A stretch of DNA of 64,000 nt, taken from NCBI GenBank assembly GCA_965202585.1, contig OZ241829.1, positions 21,700,001 through 21,764,000 of the forward strand, in the 5' to 3' direction. The notes beneath the pieces are model-generated. The model was given only the letters and a program-made list of their open reading frames with translations. It made no database searches and was not told the DNA's origin. Source of the DNA: Thalia democratica. Lineage: Eukaryota. Both the position numbers and the translations under genes were made by a program. Positions 1 through 12,889 of this stretch are shown here, piece after piece. The first letter of the stretch is position 1. Each line of letters begins with the position of its first letter.

Positions 1-488
1 TTTAAGAAATACAGCAAAGCTAAAAAAAAATCTTTTACATGGACGTACGTTTAAATAACGTCTGAAAATTTAGTTTACATATCATCTAACAAAAAACTAA
101 GTTAATAAAGAGTTTAGTTACCCTTAATTATACCACTTTTTAAATGAAGGATCGTTTTTTTTATAAACAGTTTAACGCTTTTATTACTTTTTTAATACTT
201 GTTAGTTAATAGTTTGGCAAATAACAAATTTTTTCGGTGTACACTAACACAGAAAATTTAATTTTATGCTAGTTTTCAACACCTTAATTAAGGTAAACTA
301 GAAAATTTTAAATATATAACGATTAACATGCAACGTACAAAAACTATTTGCTTGTAATAAGTTATTTATTTGAATTCGAAAAAACAAGAAAAAAGGCTTC
401 AACAAAATCGCTTGACAACTAAAACAAATATATATAGAAGGCGACTAAATAAAACAGAATAAATCAAAATAGTAATCAGAGTTCATAT

Positions 489-1401
489 TTACACAAATTT
501 GGTCGAAATAAAAACTCGTTCATCTTCAATCTTCAATAAATCGCCTGAAAACTGCTTGATTTCATCGTTCAAACCTTCAACAATTTCTTTAATATTCAGC
601 AAGTTCGTTGTATCATTTACTAACAACGACAACGACTGCGTTGCCCTTATGAAATCAGCTTCAATTTTGTTTTTGAGTTCTTTCCATCGATATCCATCAG
701 CAAATAAGACTTCAGCTCCATCGGCAAGCTTACGAAACCCATTAGACAGTCTACCGCAAACCTCGGCTAAAATAAGGATTCTCCACTGAATGACGAAAGT
801 TTGTTCCAAGCTTGTATTGTGGCGATTGTCACGGACGGGTTGTATGATGTTGTAAAACAGCAGATGAAAATTATTAAGAGCTTTCTTCAACGTTTGACTG
901 GACACTTGGTGCCTAAAAACACTTCTTTTCCACTTCTTTTTCTAATTCAAACATGGCACCCAGCAGTTTAGATTTGTTTTCGGTATTTAACTTGCCCACT
1001 TCAATCAAACTTTCGTCGCACCATTCAAAAAACGTTGCCAATCCTAAACTTTCGTCTCTGATCAAGTTCAGTCTTTCCTGAGGGCTAATACGACCAGCTC
1101 TTTTCATTGAAACAGCTGATTTGCTGTTATTACCCTTGTTTGCCTCAGTAAGAAGTGTTAGATCACCAGAAAAAGACGAATTTTTATCTGAAGGTGATTC
1201 TTGTGGTGCATCCCCGTTTTTATATTCACGTTCTTGAGGATTCTTCGTTTTGTCTCTAAGACGTCTGTCAAGTGATAATTCTGAAGGTTTTCTTTACTCT
1301 GTTGGTCTGTTAATTATCTTGTAGAAGAAATAAGTTAAAACAGCACAGACCACTAAAACATCAAGCCATCCCGAATCGATTAGTTTTTTTATAACTACCA
1401 T
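489..1401 (-). pseudogene. Orphan signal-anchor protein, copy A (disrupted)
   Basis: ATG at 1401 reads MVVIKKLIDSGWLDVLVVCAVLTYFFYKII, nearly identical to the 6665 ORF start. In-frame TAA at 1294-1296, then a ~2-nt frameshift with TAG near 913; ORFs 913..1107 and 489..905 are its pieces. Splice acceptor CAG at 1417-1419. Confidence 0.8.
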
Positions 1402-3250
1402 GATATTACCGAAAACCTGTAGAACTTATTTCAAAATTATGTTTTAATAAATGTTAGTAACTTAGTGGAGTAATATAATTTACAATGAGAATAAAATCAA
1501 AACATAGAGGTTTTTAAAATTAGCAGTGTAAACATCTTTAAGAAAAATATTATTGTTTAATAATTACTGTTATTGATAGTTGCTATTATTTTGACAAGAC
1601 TATCTATTTATCTACATTCGTAAATTAACTTAATAAAATATTTGTTACCATGTCGATAAATTGTTGCTGATTTTTTTTTTCAATGAATATACTTTTCATA
1701 ACTGATTGTTTAATAAAATCAAAATATTTGAGAGATTTTTAGTTAAGTCTTCATGTGTAGTGTTTTATGCTGTGTTTACATAAACTTCTATTTGTTTAAA
1801 ATTTTTGATATTTAACTTAAAAACTCGAAAATTTTGTAATTTTTTTAATAGCAAAACTAGTTGTATTTAAAGAATAGAACAATATTTTGAACTTTGATAA
1901 AATACTTTTTAGTTGATTATAAACTGTAAAAGTTTTTAGGCATTTTAAAAAATATGCTACAAATAGTTTTGATGCTTGCTTGTTTTGATAAAACATATTA
2001 ATTGTAAGCTTAAAATATTAACTCAAAGTATTCTTCTTTGAAGTATATGTAATTTGAAGTGGTTAATTGCGTGCTAGACTTCCATTCTCTAATGCTTACT
2101 TTATTAGAACAAAAGAAATTTTGTTATAAATTGAAATTAAGTTTTAAGTTTAATAAATCTGTCTTTAATTATTCTAAACAATCTATTATTTTAAAATATT
2201 ACTAATTAAATCTTAGTTTTAAAAAATAAGTTTTGATTTAATAAACCTTACAAAAAATTATTTTACTACAATCTCATTACATAATTATTGCTGTCAGAAA
2301 ACATAAAGTATTTTATTTCTAGTAACAACTTACTATTTGAAAAGACCGAGAAAAGTATTGAAAATAAGTACAAAACGTATATATTCAAATCTAAAAAACA
2401 AAGAAAAGATAAAGTTATTGATTTATACAAATATTCACTTAAACTATCATTTTTCTACCATAGAACTTTTTTTATATAAAAAGTTTTTGCTAACAAAACT
2501 AACTAAAAATTATATCGCATTTTAAAAATTTTATTCCTTCTACTTAAACTTTGTGAAAATAGAATAAACATTTTCTAGTTTTTACAAAAATTCATTACCT
2601 ATAAAAAAATGGTACCTTAATTACTAATGCTTGATAAAAAAGACATGTTTCAAGTTTGTTTAAAAGTATGATATGCATGAAATTCATAAACAAAACGACA
2701 AAAAAAACACTCATAGGATTTTTGTTATAAAGTTTTCTAAAATTAATTTAAATCATTGAATAACTCATTCAGCATTAAAAATTATAAATAAGTTTGCATT
2801 AATGAAGCTTATTAAACGTTTCTGTGTTCTTTTAGATTTTATCTTACTGGACTGCGTTATAAATGTAAGCTTTAGAGTTTGTTTGATTCGTGTGGTAAAT
2901 CCATCGATTTGCTTTCAAAATTGTATTTAGTACAAAGTTGTATTTATCAGTCGAGTATATTACTTAAAGCTCAACAACTTGCACTTTGGTGCTTTTTATT
3001 TAGTTGTACCGAACTCTTTACATGCATTGTGAATTAGTAATTAAACTAAGTAAAAAAGTTATAAAATGTTAGTCAATGCTTCACGGAAAGTTACTCTGTA
3101 GCGAGTTATTTGAACTCATTAAACTTAATTGGGGAAATCCCCTAAATTGAATAATTAGCCTAATGTAGTAGCATATAAGTACTCTTGTTGGTCATCCCTA
3201 AGAGATGACCAGGTCAACTATGGATAAGAGTCAGGTGTCAGAAAAGCAAA

Positions 3251-3318
3251 AAGGGTCACTTTTGCACGACTAGTAAGTTATGATAACATCTCATAATAAG
3301 AGTGACTTCGTGCAAAAC
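3251..3318. mobile_element. Small remnant of the TTGCACGA foldback/MITE family
   Basis: gggtcacttttgcacga ... tcgtgcaaaa inverted pair; same motifs as the 49.1-49.9 kb element. Confidence 0.4.
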
Positions 3319-4900
3319 ATATATTAGTCCCGATACATTGAACCTTATTTTAGTATCACTAGTTATTAAACCAAGTATTTGCTTAAAGTACGTATCTACA
3401 TACTTAGTTTCAGTTCAAAAAAATGTATTACGGACTATTGATAAATAATATTAGATAACAATTAGATATAACCAGACCTATTAATTAAAGTGCAATAACC
3501 ATTAAAACATAACTAATTATGGTTATAATTTAGTATATTTACCACAAAGTGAAATTTTGAAGTAGTTTTTGGTCAACTGAGTCACTAAATTTATTAAACG
3601 GATACAAACTGCACTTTTATTCGGCCGTATGATAAAATAAAGTCAATAAAGAAATCTACACAAAAAAAAGAGTTTTGACACAAGTCTTCTACATAATGGG
3701 CTCACAAGCGGCCATTGACCATTTTAGTGACTAAAAGTATTCAACCAAGACGTTCAACCAATAATTGATTTTGTTTCTGTTGTATTATAAGTGTTTTAAA
3801 AGTTATGTAAGCTTAAGTGTATCAAATTTTTGCTTTTTTAGTGTTTTAAAGTAAGTCAATAAAACTTAAGATTTTTGTAAGCTTTATGCTTAATACAAAT
3901 AAAATTTCATTTTTTTATTTATGGTCAATAAAAATGTAAAAATTGTTTGAGTATTACAAATAAAAGTATATTTCTCAACAACTGCTTAAACATACTAAAA
4001 TTTTTAAAAAGATAAATATACTAATTGCGTATTAGATAATTTCTTTATGATTTAGGAATTAGTTTAAGATGAGAATTTATAGAAATTTTTATTAATAGGC
4101 ATATAACTTATTTTTTGGTTTTTTCAAACGAAAACTTAATTCTAATTTACTTTTATTTTGAAAATTGTCAACTAAAAAAAAGTAAAAAAAAAAATTATTT
4201 CATTTATATAGTTTTTGATACATAACGTAACAATTTAAATAAGCCGTATAAAAAATTCTTAAATAAGTGTTTTAGGCATTTTTGTGCAATTGTTTCCAAT
4301 CAAACTTTTAACAAAATCTAGGAACAATTTGTGTAATTATCACACTGTAGAAGCTAAAAACTGGTTAGATTTTAATTTATATTACCAATACTTGAAGAAA
4401 AGTAATAAAAATTATACAATAATAAATAAGTAAGAATGAAACAAATTATACATTTCTTTGTCTTACTATGTTTAATACTTAGTTGTTCTATTCAGCAAAA
4501 CTATTTTTTAGTCAATGGGAAATTCAATCCCGTTAACAGCCCAGAGCTTTGTTATAAATTTTCTATAATTCTATTCTTTAGTTAGGTGGTTACTAAAATG
4601 TCAGTTAACCAAGATTCGTTGAATGTACTTTGTACACAGCTTTTATAGCAGATTATATCTATTACCTATTATCAAATTATGGTAAATATATAACTTTTTA
4701 TTTACTATATACATAAAGTATTTGATAGTGGCATTTTATTTATTTCCATTCCAAAAAAAACAAGAGAGATGACATAGACAAAAGCGCTAGACTACATAAG
4801 AAAAGCAGCAATGCACAAAATAAATTAAACTGAATAATTAAATAAGTAATCTAAGTTCAAAATCAGATTCAGTTTATCAGAACATAAAACTCATAAACCT

Positions 4901-5092
4901 TTAATTGTGTGCTACCGATGTTGGTGGCCCAACCTCTAAAGCCTCAGTTGGGTCAGGTTGACTTTCTGTGGACAGATTGTCAACCTGACCTTTTTGTTCA
5001 TACTTTTCCTGCAAGCGGGGTGACCTTCTAACAGGCTTATTTTCAGGACCCGCTGCAGGCAACTTATCATTAATATTCTCTAAGTTGGACAT
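4901..5092 (-). CDS. 63-aa disordered micro-protein with RRSPRL motif
   Basis: ATG-initiated ORF, GC-richer than its flanks, KPVRRSPRLQEK then an acidic/Pro tail. TATATAAA-like boxes upstream on the minus strand (~5176-5185, ~5214-5223) and a CCAAT/CRE-like island at ~5545-5625. Confidence 0.5.
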   Translation of the reverse strand: MSNLENINDKLPAAGPENKPVRRSPRLQEKYEQKGQVDNLSTESQPDPTEALEVGPPTSVAHN

Positions 5093-5744
5093 AGTACTAT
5101 AACTAATTTATAAGTGCTAATTTGTTATTATCAGTGGACAATAAATATAAAACACTTAATGCTACTCTAGGCTACTTTATATAAATCAGACAGACAGTTT
5201 TAAGTGATGAATCTTTTATATAAAATACAACAAGAAATACTAGCATATATAAAATTATTAATTACTTTGGTAACACTTTAAAAACTGGAAGCTATTTAAA
5301 TCTATATCAAAAGACTTAAAACAATAAACTAAAAATTAAATAAAACTTTTAGTAAAGAAGAAACTGTAAAAGAATAAACTATTAACTATAAACCTGGCTT
5401 AAATATTTAAACAATTAAATTCCAGTTAGAATATTCACTTTTAAAACAATACTAACAATAACATTCACAAATAAGTTCAAGATAGTTGTTGCTTTTAGCT
5501 GCAAACAAAACTAACCAACTGCTTACAAATAAACTGCCTGTCACGCCTTGACGTCTCGTTGCATCAGTATTTAGCTTAAAACATTACATCAGATGATTCT
5601 CATTGGCTCGTGCAATGACGCGTATCTAACTCAAAATATTCTCTGAGCTCAACTTTATATAATGAATAATGCACGTATTCATTACACAATCTTCAACACT
5701 TCATCAGAAAACTGCTCGATATCAGCGTTCATGCCTTAAGCAAT

Positions 5745-6665
5745 TTATTCAATTTTGAACACGTTCTCTTTATCATTTCCTCTTTTGAATTCACGCCATC
5801 GATTGTCTATCCCGTCGGCAAACGAGTCACCGCATCCGTCCGAAAATTTACGAAAACCTTTAGACAAGGTGTAGCAAACTATTCCTAATAAACTGAATCT
5901 TCCCTGAACTGAATAGATCCGCCATAAATCTACTTCTGCAGGTTCTTTGATTTTGATGAAGAGCAGTTGGAATTTTAGCAGCACTTTTGTCACCCTTTGA
6001 CTGGGCTGTTTGAAAAAACTGTTTACTTTAATTTCCAGTTCTTTTTCCAAACCAAGCATGGCACCTAGCAGTTTAGATTGGTTTTTGGTGTTTAACGAGC
6101 TCATTTCATCTAAACTTCGACGGAACCAATTTAAAAACGATGCCAATCCTAAACTTTCATTTCTGATCTGGTCAAGTCTTTCCTGAGGGCTCATACATCC
6201 GGCTCTTATAATTGAAACAGCTGAGTTGCTATTAATACCCTCGTTTGCCTGAGTGAGTGGTGTTAGATCATCAAAAAAAGGCGCAGTTTTTTCTAAATGT
6301 GGTTTTTGTGGTGCTGGTTTGCTATCATCAACCTTAGTATGATCAGTAGAAGAACTTTTAGCGTCCAAACGTCGCTTAGTTACAGCATTCTGCTTTCCTT
6401 CATTTACAGAACTTTCACTTTTGGAATGCAACTCAGTGCTTTTTGTCTCTCCTTCGGAGTGAGGAACTTTTTCATCCCCGTTTTTATATTCACGTTCTTG
6501 AGAATCATTCTTTTTGTCTTTATGACGTCTGTCAAGTGATAATTCCGAAGATTTTGTTTGCTTTTTTGGTCCGTTAATTATCTTGTAGAGGATATAAGTT
6601 AAAACAGCACATACCACTATAACATCAAGCCATCCAGAATCGATTAGTTTTTTTATAACTACCAT
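5745..6665 (-). CDS. Orphan signal-anchor protein, copy B (306 aa; N-terminal TM, charged linker, helical domain; C-terminally truncated)
   Basis: Long ORF with hydrophobic WLDVIVVCAVLTYILY segment; paralogous to 489-1401. Homology continues past its stop (GMNADIEQFSDEVLKI at 5688-5735). Acceptor CAG at 6681-6683. Confidence 0.75.
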   Translation of the reverse strand: MVVIKKLIDSGWLDVIVVCAVLTYILYKIINGPKKQTKSSELSLDRRHKDKKNDSQEREYKNGDEKVPHSEGETKSTELHSKSESSVNEGKQNAVTKRRLDAKSSSTDHTKVDDSKPAPQKPHLEKTAPFFDDLTPLTQANEGINSNSAVSIIRAGCMSPQERLDQIRNESLGLASFLNWFRRSLDEMSSLNTKNQSKLLGAMLGLEKELEIKVNSFFKQPSQRVTKVLLKFQLLFIKIKEPAEVDLWRIYSVQGRFSLLGIVCYTLSKGFRKFSDGCGDSFADGIDNRWREFKRGNDKENVFKIE

Positions 6666-7832
6666 GATATTACAGAAAACCTGTATAATGTTTCAAAATT
6701 TAGATTTTAATACATGTTAATTGCTTGGTGGAATAAAAATTACAATGAGCATTCAGTTACAACATCTAGAGAATCTAAAAATTAGCAGCACAAATACCTA
6801 TAATTGTTGAACAACTACTGATAATTTTTACAAAAACATTTAAATTAAAAGTGTTTTTAATTTGATCATGTATTTGTGTTCAATAATTTATTTGTGTCAT
6901 CTATAATTTTAAATTAAAATTTAAAATAATAACACAAAAGGAAAACATTTTGTTTTTATTACTAATTTAAAAGTATTTATAATTATAAAACATTAGTGCT
7001 ATTTATGGTTTTAAATCATTATTTATTTTCTTGATGAGAATAGAATTTAGTTGTGTATAAACTACTATAGTTTTTAGACTAAAAAAAATGCTTCTTTTGA
7101 AAAAAGTTGTCAGTTACAAACTTATAACATAAATTTGTAGTTACAAGAATGCTGTTGAATAACCATTCTCTAATACTCGATTTATTCCAATCAAAGACAT
7201 TTTGTCTTAGATGTATACTGTAAATTAAGTTATTAATTAAATTATACCAAATTCAAAACACGTTTCATTTCAAGAAAAAAACATACTTTGTTGAAAAATG
7301 TTTTTACACTTATTTTAAGCAAATAATTTTTTTTTTGACAGTAACTTTGGAACAGGTTTAAATTAGTATTTTATTTTCAATTTTATTGTTTATTGAATGA
7401 CAAAAAAAGGCGCTCAAAATATTTAGTTCTGGGACCTGACGCACGAAGAACCTTACGGTTATTGAGTCGCACACCGCAGGTTACCTTTTTAAACCTATCT
7501 TACGACATTTAAACGCTTAAGAAAATTACTTTGTAACTATTAATTGAAGTAGAGTAAGTAGATCTTACTATTTACAATATTTTTGGAACTTTACGACTAA
7601 AGTAACTACAGCTAATCGTAAACTTGTTTGAGTTGTTATAATGATTGAAACAGTATACTGTTATGAATAAAACAGTATATTAATCTTTGTAGTTATTAAA
7701 ATCTTTTAAATGTTAGACACAAAACAACTAAACTTTCGGTTGTTTATAATATTAAATTAAAACTTTTAGGTTATAAACCAGGTACCGCAAAATATTCTTT
7801 ATAAAATTAGGTGAAATATCTAACTTTTAGTA

Positions 7833-7900
7833 CAGGGGTCGGCAGGCATTTAGTGGTCGCGGATAAAATTTTGAATTTAAAAAAATTTCACGGGCCACAG
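7833..7900 (+). mobile_element. hAT-type MITE left-end fragment
   Basis: caggggtcggca terminus typical of hAT/Charlie MITEs; no matching right end found. Confidence 0.35.
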
Positions 7901-8214
7901 TCGTAGTTTTAGTTTTTACTTTTCATAGCAGAACTGAAACTATCTATTGTACGTTTCGTTGTCACTATAAACTTTATCTAAAACCATTTTTTGCATTTAG
8001 CTTCAATTTTCAGAATATCTAGGGCAAGTTTCAATTAATTAATCAATCAAATTATTAATCACTGATTAAAAAACGTTAGCAGTAAGTTTTTTATAAAACT
8101 TTATTTTTAAATTACTAAACACTTAAAAATAAATTTAATTTCAAGGTTTGTTTTGTACATAATTCAAACAGCGAAAATTCACTTATAAACGATAATAAAA
8201 TTTCTACAAAAATT

Positions 8215-8370
8215 TTCCGCTCGTAAAGCTGTCATCGGTGAAGAAATGAAACCAGCGATGCGTAACGACACAGTGCGAAACTGCTTACAAGCGAAAGTGC
8301 GAAAGTGCAAAAGCCGCTGTTGTTTTGCTGAAGTTGCTGGTGTCTCTCATATAAATTGATTAGCTTGCTG
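8215..8370 (+). promoter_or_regulatory. GC/CpG-richer island upstream of CACNB (candidate promoter or alternative first exon)
   Basis: Local CpG enrichment, repeated GCGAAA motifs, 37-aa ORF at 8246-8359. Confidence 0.3.
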
Positions 8371-10368
8371 CTGTCTTTATTTGCTTTCAAGAAAAAAAGA
8401 AGTTTTTTATTCAGTTGTTTTTTTTGTTGAAGTGTTTTTTTTTTTGTTTTTGAACACAAAGTTTGTAGGCAGCTTAACCGATAAAAACTTGCTTTTTTAT
8501 TGTAAACAGCATTTTTTAGCTTTATGAAATTAATAAAAATGTTCTGTTACTTTCTTATTCTGTTTTATAAATTTAAACTGCAATTCCTTAAGTTTAAAAA
8601 TTATTTTGTGTAAAGATCTTTTGAAAAAGAACTTAATTAATTAGTTTTTTCTAAGTTATATCAAACAAACACTTTTTATTTTTACTTTTAGTAAAGCATG
8701 GAAATTTGACATACTTTAGTGTTCTAAGATAGTAAAATATTACCTAAATTATAAAAAATAGTAAAACTAGATGAATAAAGCTGTTTAGAGTATAATTTTT
8801 CGTCTATAGTTTGAAGTAAGCAAAAATAAATGCATGTTTTATTTTAAGTTGGATTTTTTATTACTCAACTTAAGTGTATATGATGATTCTAAAATGTATG
8901 ATATAAATTTATATACCAATCTTAAAAGGTATTGAAACTAAACGATAGTAAATAACCGTGAAATTTGACATTTAATACTTATACAGTATTATAAAAGATG
9001 TTTGTTAAAAAACAATAAACAGGTTAAAGTATGTTTTTTAATGCTTATTAGCTTGTTTAAAAAGGTTTAAAAAAACTATAATTTACTATAAATATACTAA
9101 AATAGTCACCAACTTAAAGTAAAACAATTGTTAAGTTATTAGTATGAGTTTTATTAGAACATCATTATAAAAAAAAAATATATAAAGAATCATTGAATGC
9201 ATATTATAGTTTGTAGGTTTTTTTTAGTTTTAAAATATGAAAACTGTTTATTTACAAAAAAAACTTAATTAGTTGTACTTGGAAAATATTTCAATTTCTA
9301 CAATCTAAACAAGTATCATACTTTTACAGATAGTTATGAATAGTATAAAATCAAAAGAGTCGTTAGTATAACTATAAAAAGGTTAGTTTTAATAACCTAA
9401 TTAAATTTACTTATGATAAAAATTAATATTTAGTTTAATAATAAGCTCTTTTTACTATGGCATATTTCATTTTAACTTTCATATTTTTTATTTAAAGCTT
9501 TTAAGCAGAGCTTGTTAGGGTAAATATATAATTATTTAACTTAAAAATAAATTACTATTAACATAGAATATTCTTAGTTTTAGTCAAATCGAACGAACAC
9601 TTGTTTTTATATAATAATATTACCATAAAAAACATTTAGTTTAAACTATAACAAATTGACTAAATTCATACTTAATATGTAAAAAAAAACAAATTTAATT
9701 AGGTTTAATTTTTAATGATTTTAAAAATAATAACTGAACTTTTATTAATATCTTAGTTAAAATTTTTGTTTTTAATTTTACTCATGCATACAATTTTTTG
9801 AAGGTTTTGAAGTAGTTTTTCGATTTAGCAAGGTTTAAAAGTAAAAGAAATTGAATTCTACATTTAAAGCTTTTGTTATAATGATAGGTAACAATATTAT
9901 TTGTCCTTTTTCGCTTTGAACTAATTTTTTTTTGAACAGAACGACTAATGAATACAACCAAGTACAAAGAATAAATCTGCAATAGTTTTTAGGTATTTAA
10001 TAGTTGATATTTAAATTATAACTATTATGCTTTGTGTTTCAATGAATATTTTATTTGAAAATGAATACTAATACTTGATTAAAATGTATACAAATTAAAT
10101 TACTTTATCATTTTAAAGGCAAGCTAAACGTAAATTTTAAAACTTTTTATGGAATTAAAAACCTTTTGTTTTCTTATAAATTAAGAAAATTAAAATTGAA
10201 CTAAATGTTTTTGTGCTTATAAACAAAACTAACAACAACATACTTTACTGATTTGTATTTGAATTCATTTTCAGAAGTAACCTCATTGCCATTCGTCTCA
10301 TTTAAGCAACTAATACGTCACCTGCTTTTTATTTTACGTCATCAAAATCAGCATTATTACGTCACGAC

Positions 10369-10431
10369 ATGAAAACCGCTCGTCACCACGACTCGAGTCT
10401 GAGCGGATCTTCAACAAACTCTGGGATTCGG
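10369..10431 (+). CDS. CACNB: CaVbeta exon 1 (MKTARHHDSSLSGSSTNSGIR)
   Basis: ATG 10369; phase-0 donor GTGACT at 10432 matches the phase-0 acceptor at 11546. SGSSTNSGIR|GS resembles vertebrate SSDTTSNSFVRQ|GS. Upstream acceptor TTTTCAG ends at 10274. Confidence 0.7.
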
Positions 10432-11545
10432 GTGACTTTTATAGCTTATATATTTATACAGATAATTAATTATATTATAAATTACTCATTTTTATTCTTT
10501 AAATGTGATGTTTAGGTTTAATCAATATCAAATCTTAAAAGTAATATTTCTCAAGTCCTCTAAAGTTTTTGTGTGTTAATTTCATGATATTTAATTTCAA
10601 TAGTTATTAGATATGGTCATAATATCAGATTTGGACTAGAGCAGTAATATATTAAAGGTCTTGTGTAAACAGTTAATTTTTAATTTTTTATTTTATGATA
10701 TAATTATAACAGTGTTAGCTAAAAAAGGTAGAGTACAAATGCTTAAAATTTCAATTAGAATTAAAAGTCCTAAGTGGTACAAAATCCTAACTTAACCCTG
10801 AGAGGAACTTTCCTCATCAATAAAAATCTAGTTTAATCTTTTAGTAGTTACAGTGCATTTCTAGTTTTAGTTGCCTTACACTTTTATTAGATAAGCAAAA
10901 TAATAAACAGTATTTTTTTCTGTATTCAATTAGCTGCTTTATCCGAAAGGCTTATTTATTATGTAGTGTAGTCCTTCAAAACGTTTTATACTTAATTATG
11001 TTCTAAATTTATTTTAGTTATGGCAAACATGTGACAAAATTTTACTTTTTTGTCTAGGCTTTTACATAAGTTATTTTTAGTAAACTTGATATGAATCTTC
11101 ACTAAAAAGAAACACACAAGTTATACAGTTGTTTGAAAAAAATGAGTTGAATTTTTAAATAACATAAGATGTAAACAGCAGCACTTGATCAATTAAATAT
11201 GTAAATAAATAGTTACATAACGTTTTTCTTTTACTTCATACATAACAAAATGAGTAAAATTAAAAGTTTACCAACGTTGTTTTAAGATACTCTTTAGCTA
11301 CAAATCAGCTAAAAAGTGTCAGTTTACCAATTAATATAAAATAAGTTTGAATAAAGCTTTTAACTCATTCAATTGAAGATATATTTTCCCTTTTTCGGGG
11401 ATCAAAACAGTCTTTAGGGAGCAATTCACTAAGTAAAGGAAAATAATGAAACAATATCTTATAATATTCACATTTAATTAAAAAATATAACTAACAAAAA
11501 TTACTCATACAATATTCACATTAAAACATGTGAATCCCATGACAG

Positions 11546-11785
11546 GGATCAATTCAGTCTTTGGGCAGCCAGTCCGAGATGTACTCCGCAAACTACCAGC
11601 AGGACCAGGGCTCCAACTACCACGGGGACGAAGGGAGATCCCCTAACTACCAGGGTTCCGGTTACCAGGGAAGCCCCTCGGGTTACCAGGGAAGTCCTTC
11701 CGGTTACCAGGACGACGATCAGGGGGCGGACCGGAGCAAGGAGGTGCAGAAGGAGCTGGCCATGGAGAAGCTGAGAAAAGCGGAG
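11546..11785 (+). CDS. CACNB: CaVbeta exon 2 (N-terminus with YQG repeats, helix EVQKELAMEKLRKAE)
   Basis: ACAG|GGATCA acceptor, GAG|GTTTGT donor, high GC3; ends at the same position as vertebrate QLEKAK|. Confidence 0.88.
11651..11712 (+). repeat. Coding 21-nt tandem repeat (GYQGSPS)n
   Basis: ggttaccagggaagcccctcg / ggttaccagggaagtccttcc / ggttaccaggac. Confidence 0.9.
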
Positions 11786-12171
11786 GTTTGTGACGTCATA
11801 GTTGTTACGTCATAAGTATGTTGTTTGTGACGTACACTTTAGTCATAGAGATTCTAGGACTTTTGCGTTTTAATAAAGTAATGTGAAATATGTAGTCCTA
11901 CCCAAAATGTCAGCATAAGAAATAGTTTTCAGCTTTAACAAGTTTTTTATTGATTGTCAGCAGTATTTTAAATAGTGTTTAAAATAAATTTGCAACCGAA
12001 TTTTTGTTTTGAGAACGCAACGTTTGCTGTTCAATAAAATTGTACATTTGTACATAATTTACTAAAATTGTTCTGTGTTCACAGTTATAACATGTAGCGT
12101 TTGCAACGTGGCACTGATGTTTCTAAGAAGGACAAATACATACATATTTACACAATTTACAACTTTTTCAG

Positions 12172-12294
12172 CTTCAGCACGTGGCGTTCGCAGTTCGCAC
12201 AAACGTTTCGTACAAGGGCAGGGACGATGATGACGTTCCGGTTCCGGGCACCACCGTCAGCTTTGACGTCAGAGATTTCCTGCACATCAAAGAG
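12172..12294 (+). CDS. CACNB: CaVbeta exon 3 (SH3: [14 protein letters not shown]...DFLHIKE)
   Basis: Canonical VAFAVRTNV and FLHIKE motifs; 123 nt, phase 0/0, AG/GT. Confidence 0.97.
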
Positions 12295-12889
12295 GTATAA
12301 ATGTTGATGTTCGCTTTTCTTTGAAATATCATTACTTATATGTACTTGTAGCTTTTGAAAGAAATTCATAACGTAAGAGCCTACTTTGATATTTAAGAAA
12401 CTGAAACTAGTTTGAAATTTTTCTGGCTGTTGAAAAACTCAAGGTATAAAAAAATTTTTTTTACGTATTCTCAGTTAGTTTTTATGACCTAGTATCCAAG
12501 CTTGATAAATAATGTTGTTTCTAACTCTTGGTTTTAACTATTTAAAAATTTCATATCTTTTATAATTTAGGCTGACTCATGTTAGTTTGTCGTTTAGACT
12601 TTGGTCACACAGGCTGGCTTTTACAAATCAAAAAGTAGCAACTTTAGAACAAGATTATTTTGATTTACGAGTTTGATACATTTTGATAATTGTTATACAA
12701 CTAGTACGTTTTAAAAATATATTACGAAATAATGAGAACATAAATGTTAATATGTACACATTATCCATTTACAACATGACGTAACAATAAAAACACGACG
12801 AGTAATGTTGCATAGGGAGGCTGGTGAAGAAATAAATTGTTACAATACAAATAAACAAACTTGTAATCGTGACGTCATTATTGTCGCAG

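Larger units (their letters stand above)
489..7250. repeat. Tandem segmental duplication, about 0.5-2.15 kb versus 5.7-7.25 kb
   Basis: Coding and upstream non-coding matches (1402-1560 vs 6666-6820; ccattctctaat block ~2082 vs ~7163), offset ~5.1-5.3 kb. Confidence 0.8.

Noticed and set aside
499-789. Antisense or alternative-frame ORFs in the track (499..789, 6297..6539, 12101, 12157, 12805, 12878, 30786, 38435, 43557, 53500, 53537, 61674)
   Set aside because: Shadows of real exons on another frame or strand.
5100-5160. Baculovirus late-promoter TAAG upstream of the micro-ORF
   Set aside because: TAAG is expected by chance in such AT-rich DNA and no viral genes are nearby.
7425-7500. GC-richer patch as a tRNA or small RNA
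   Set aside because: No cloverleaf, A/B boxes or recognisable snRNA motif.
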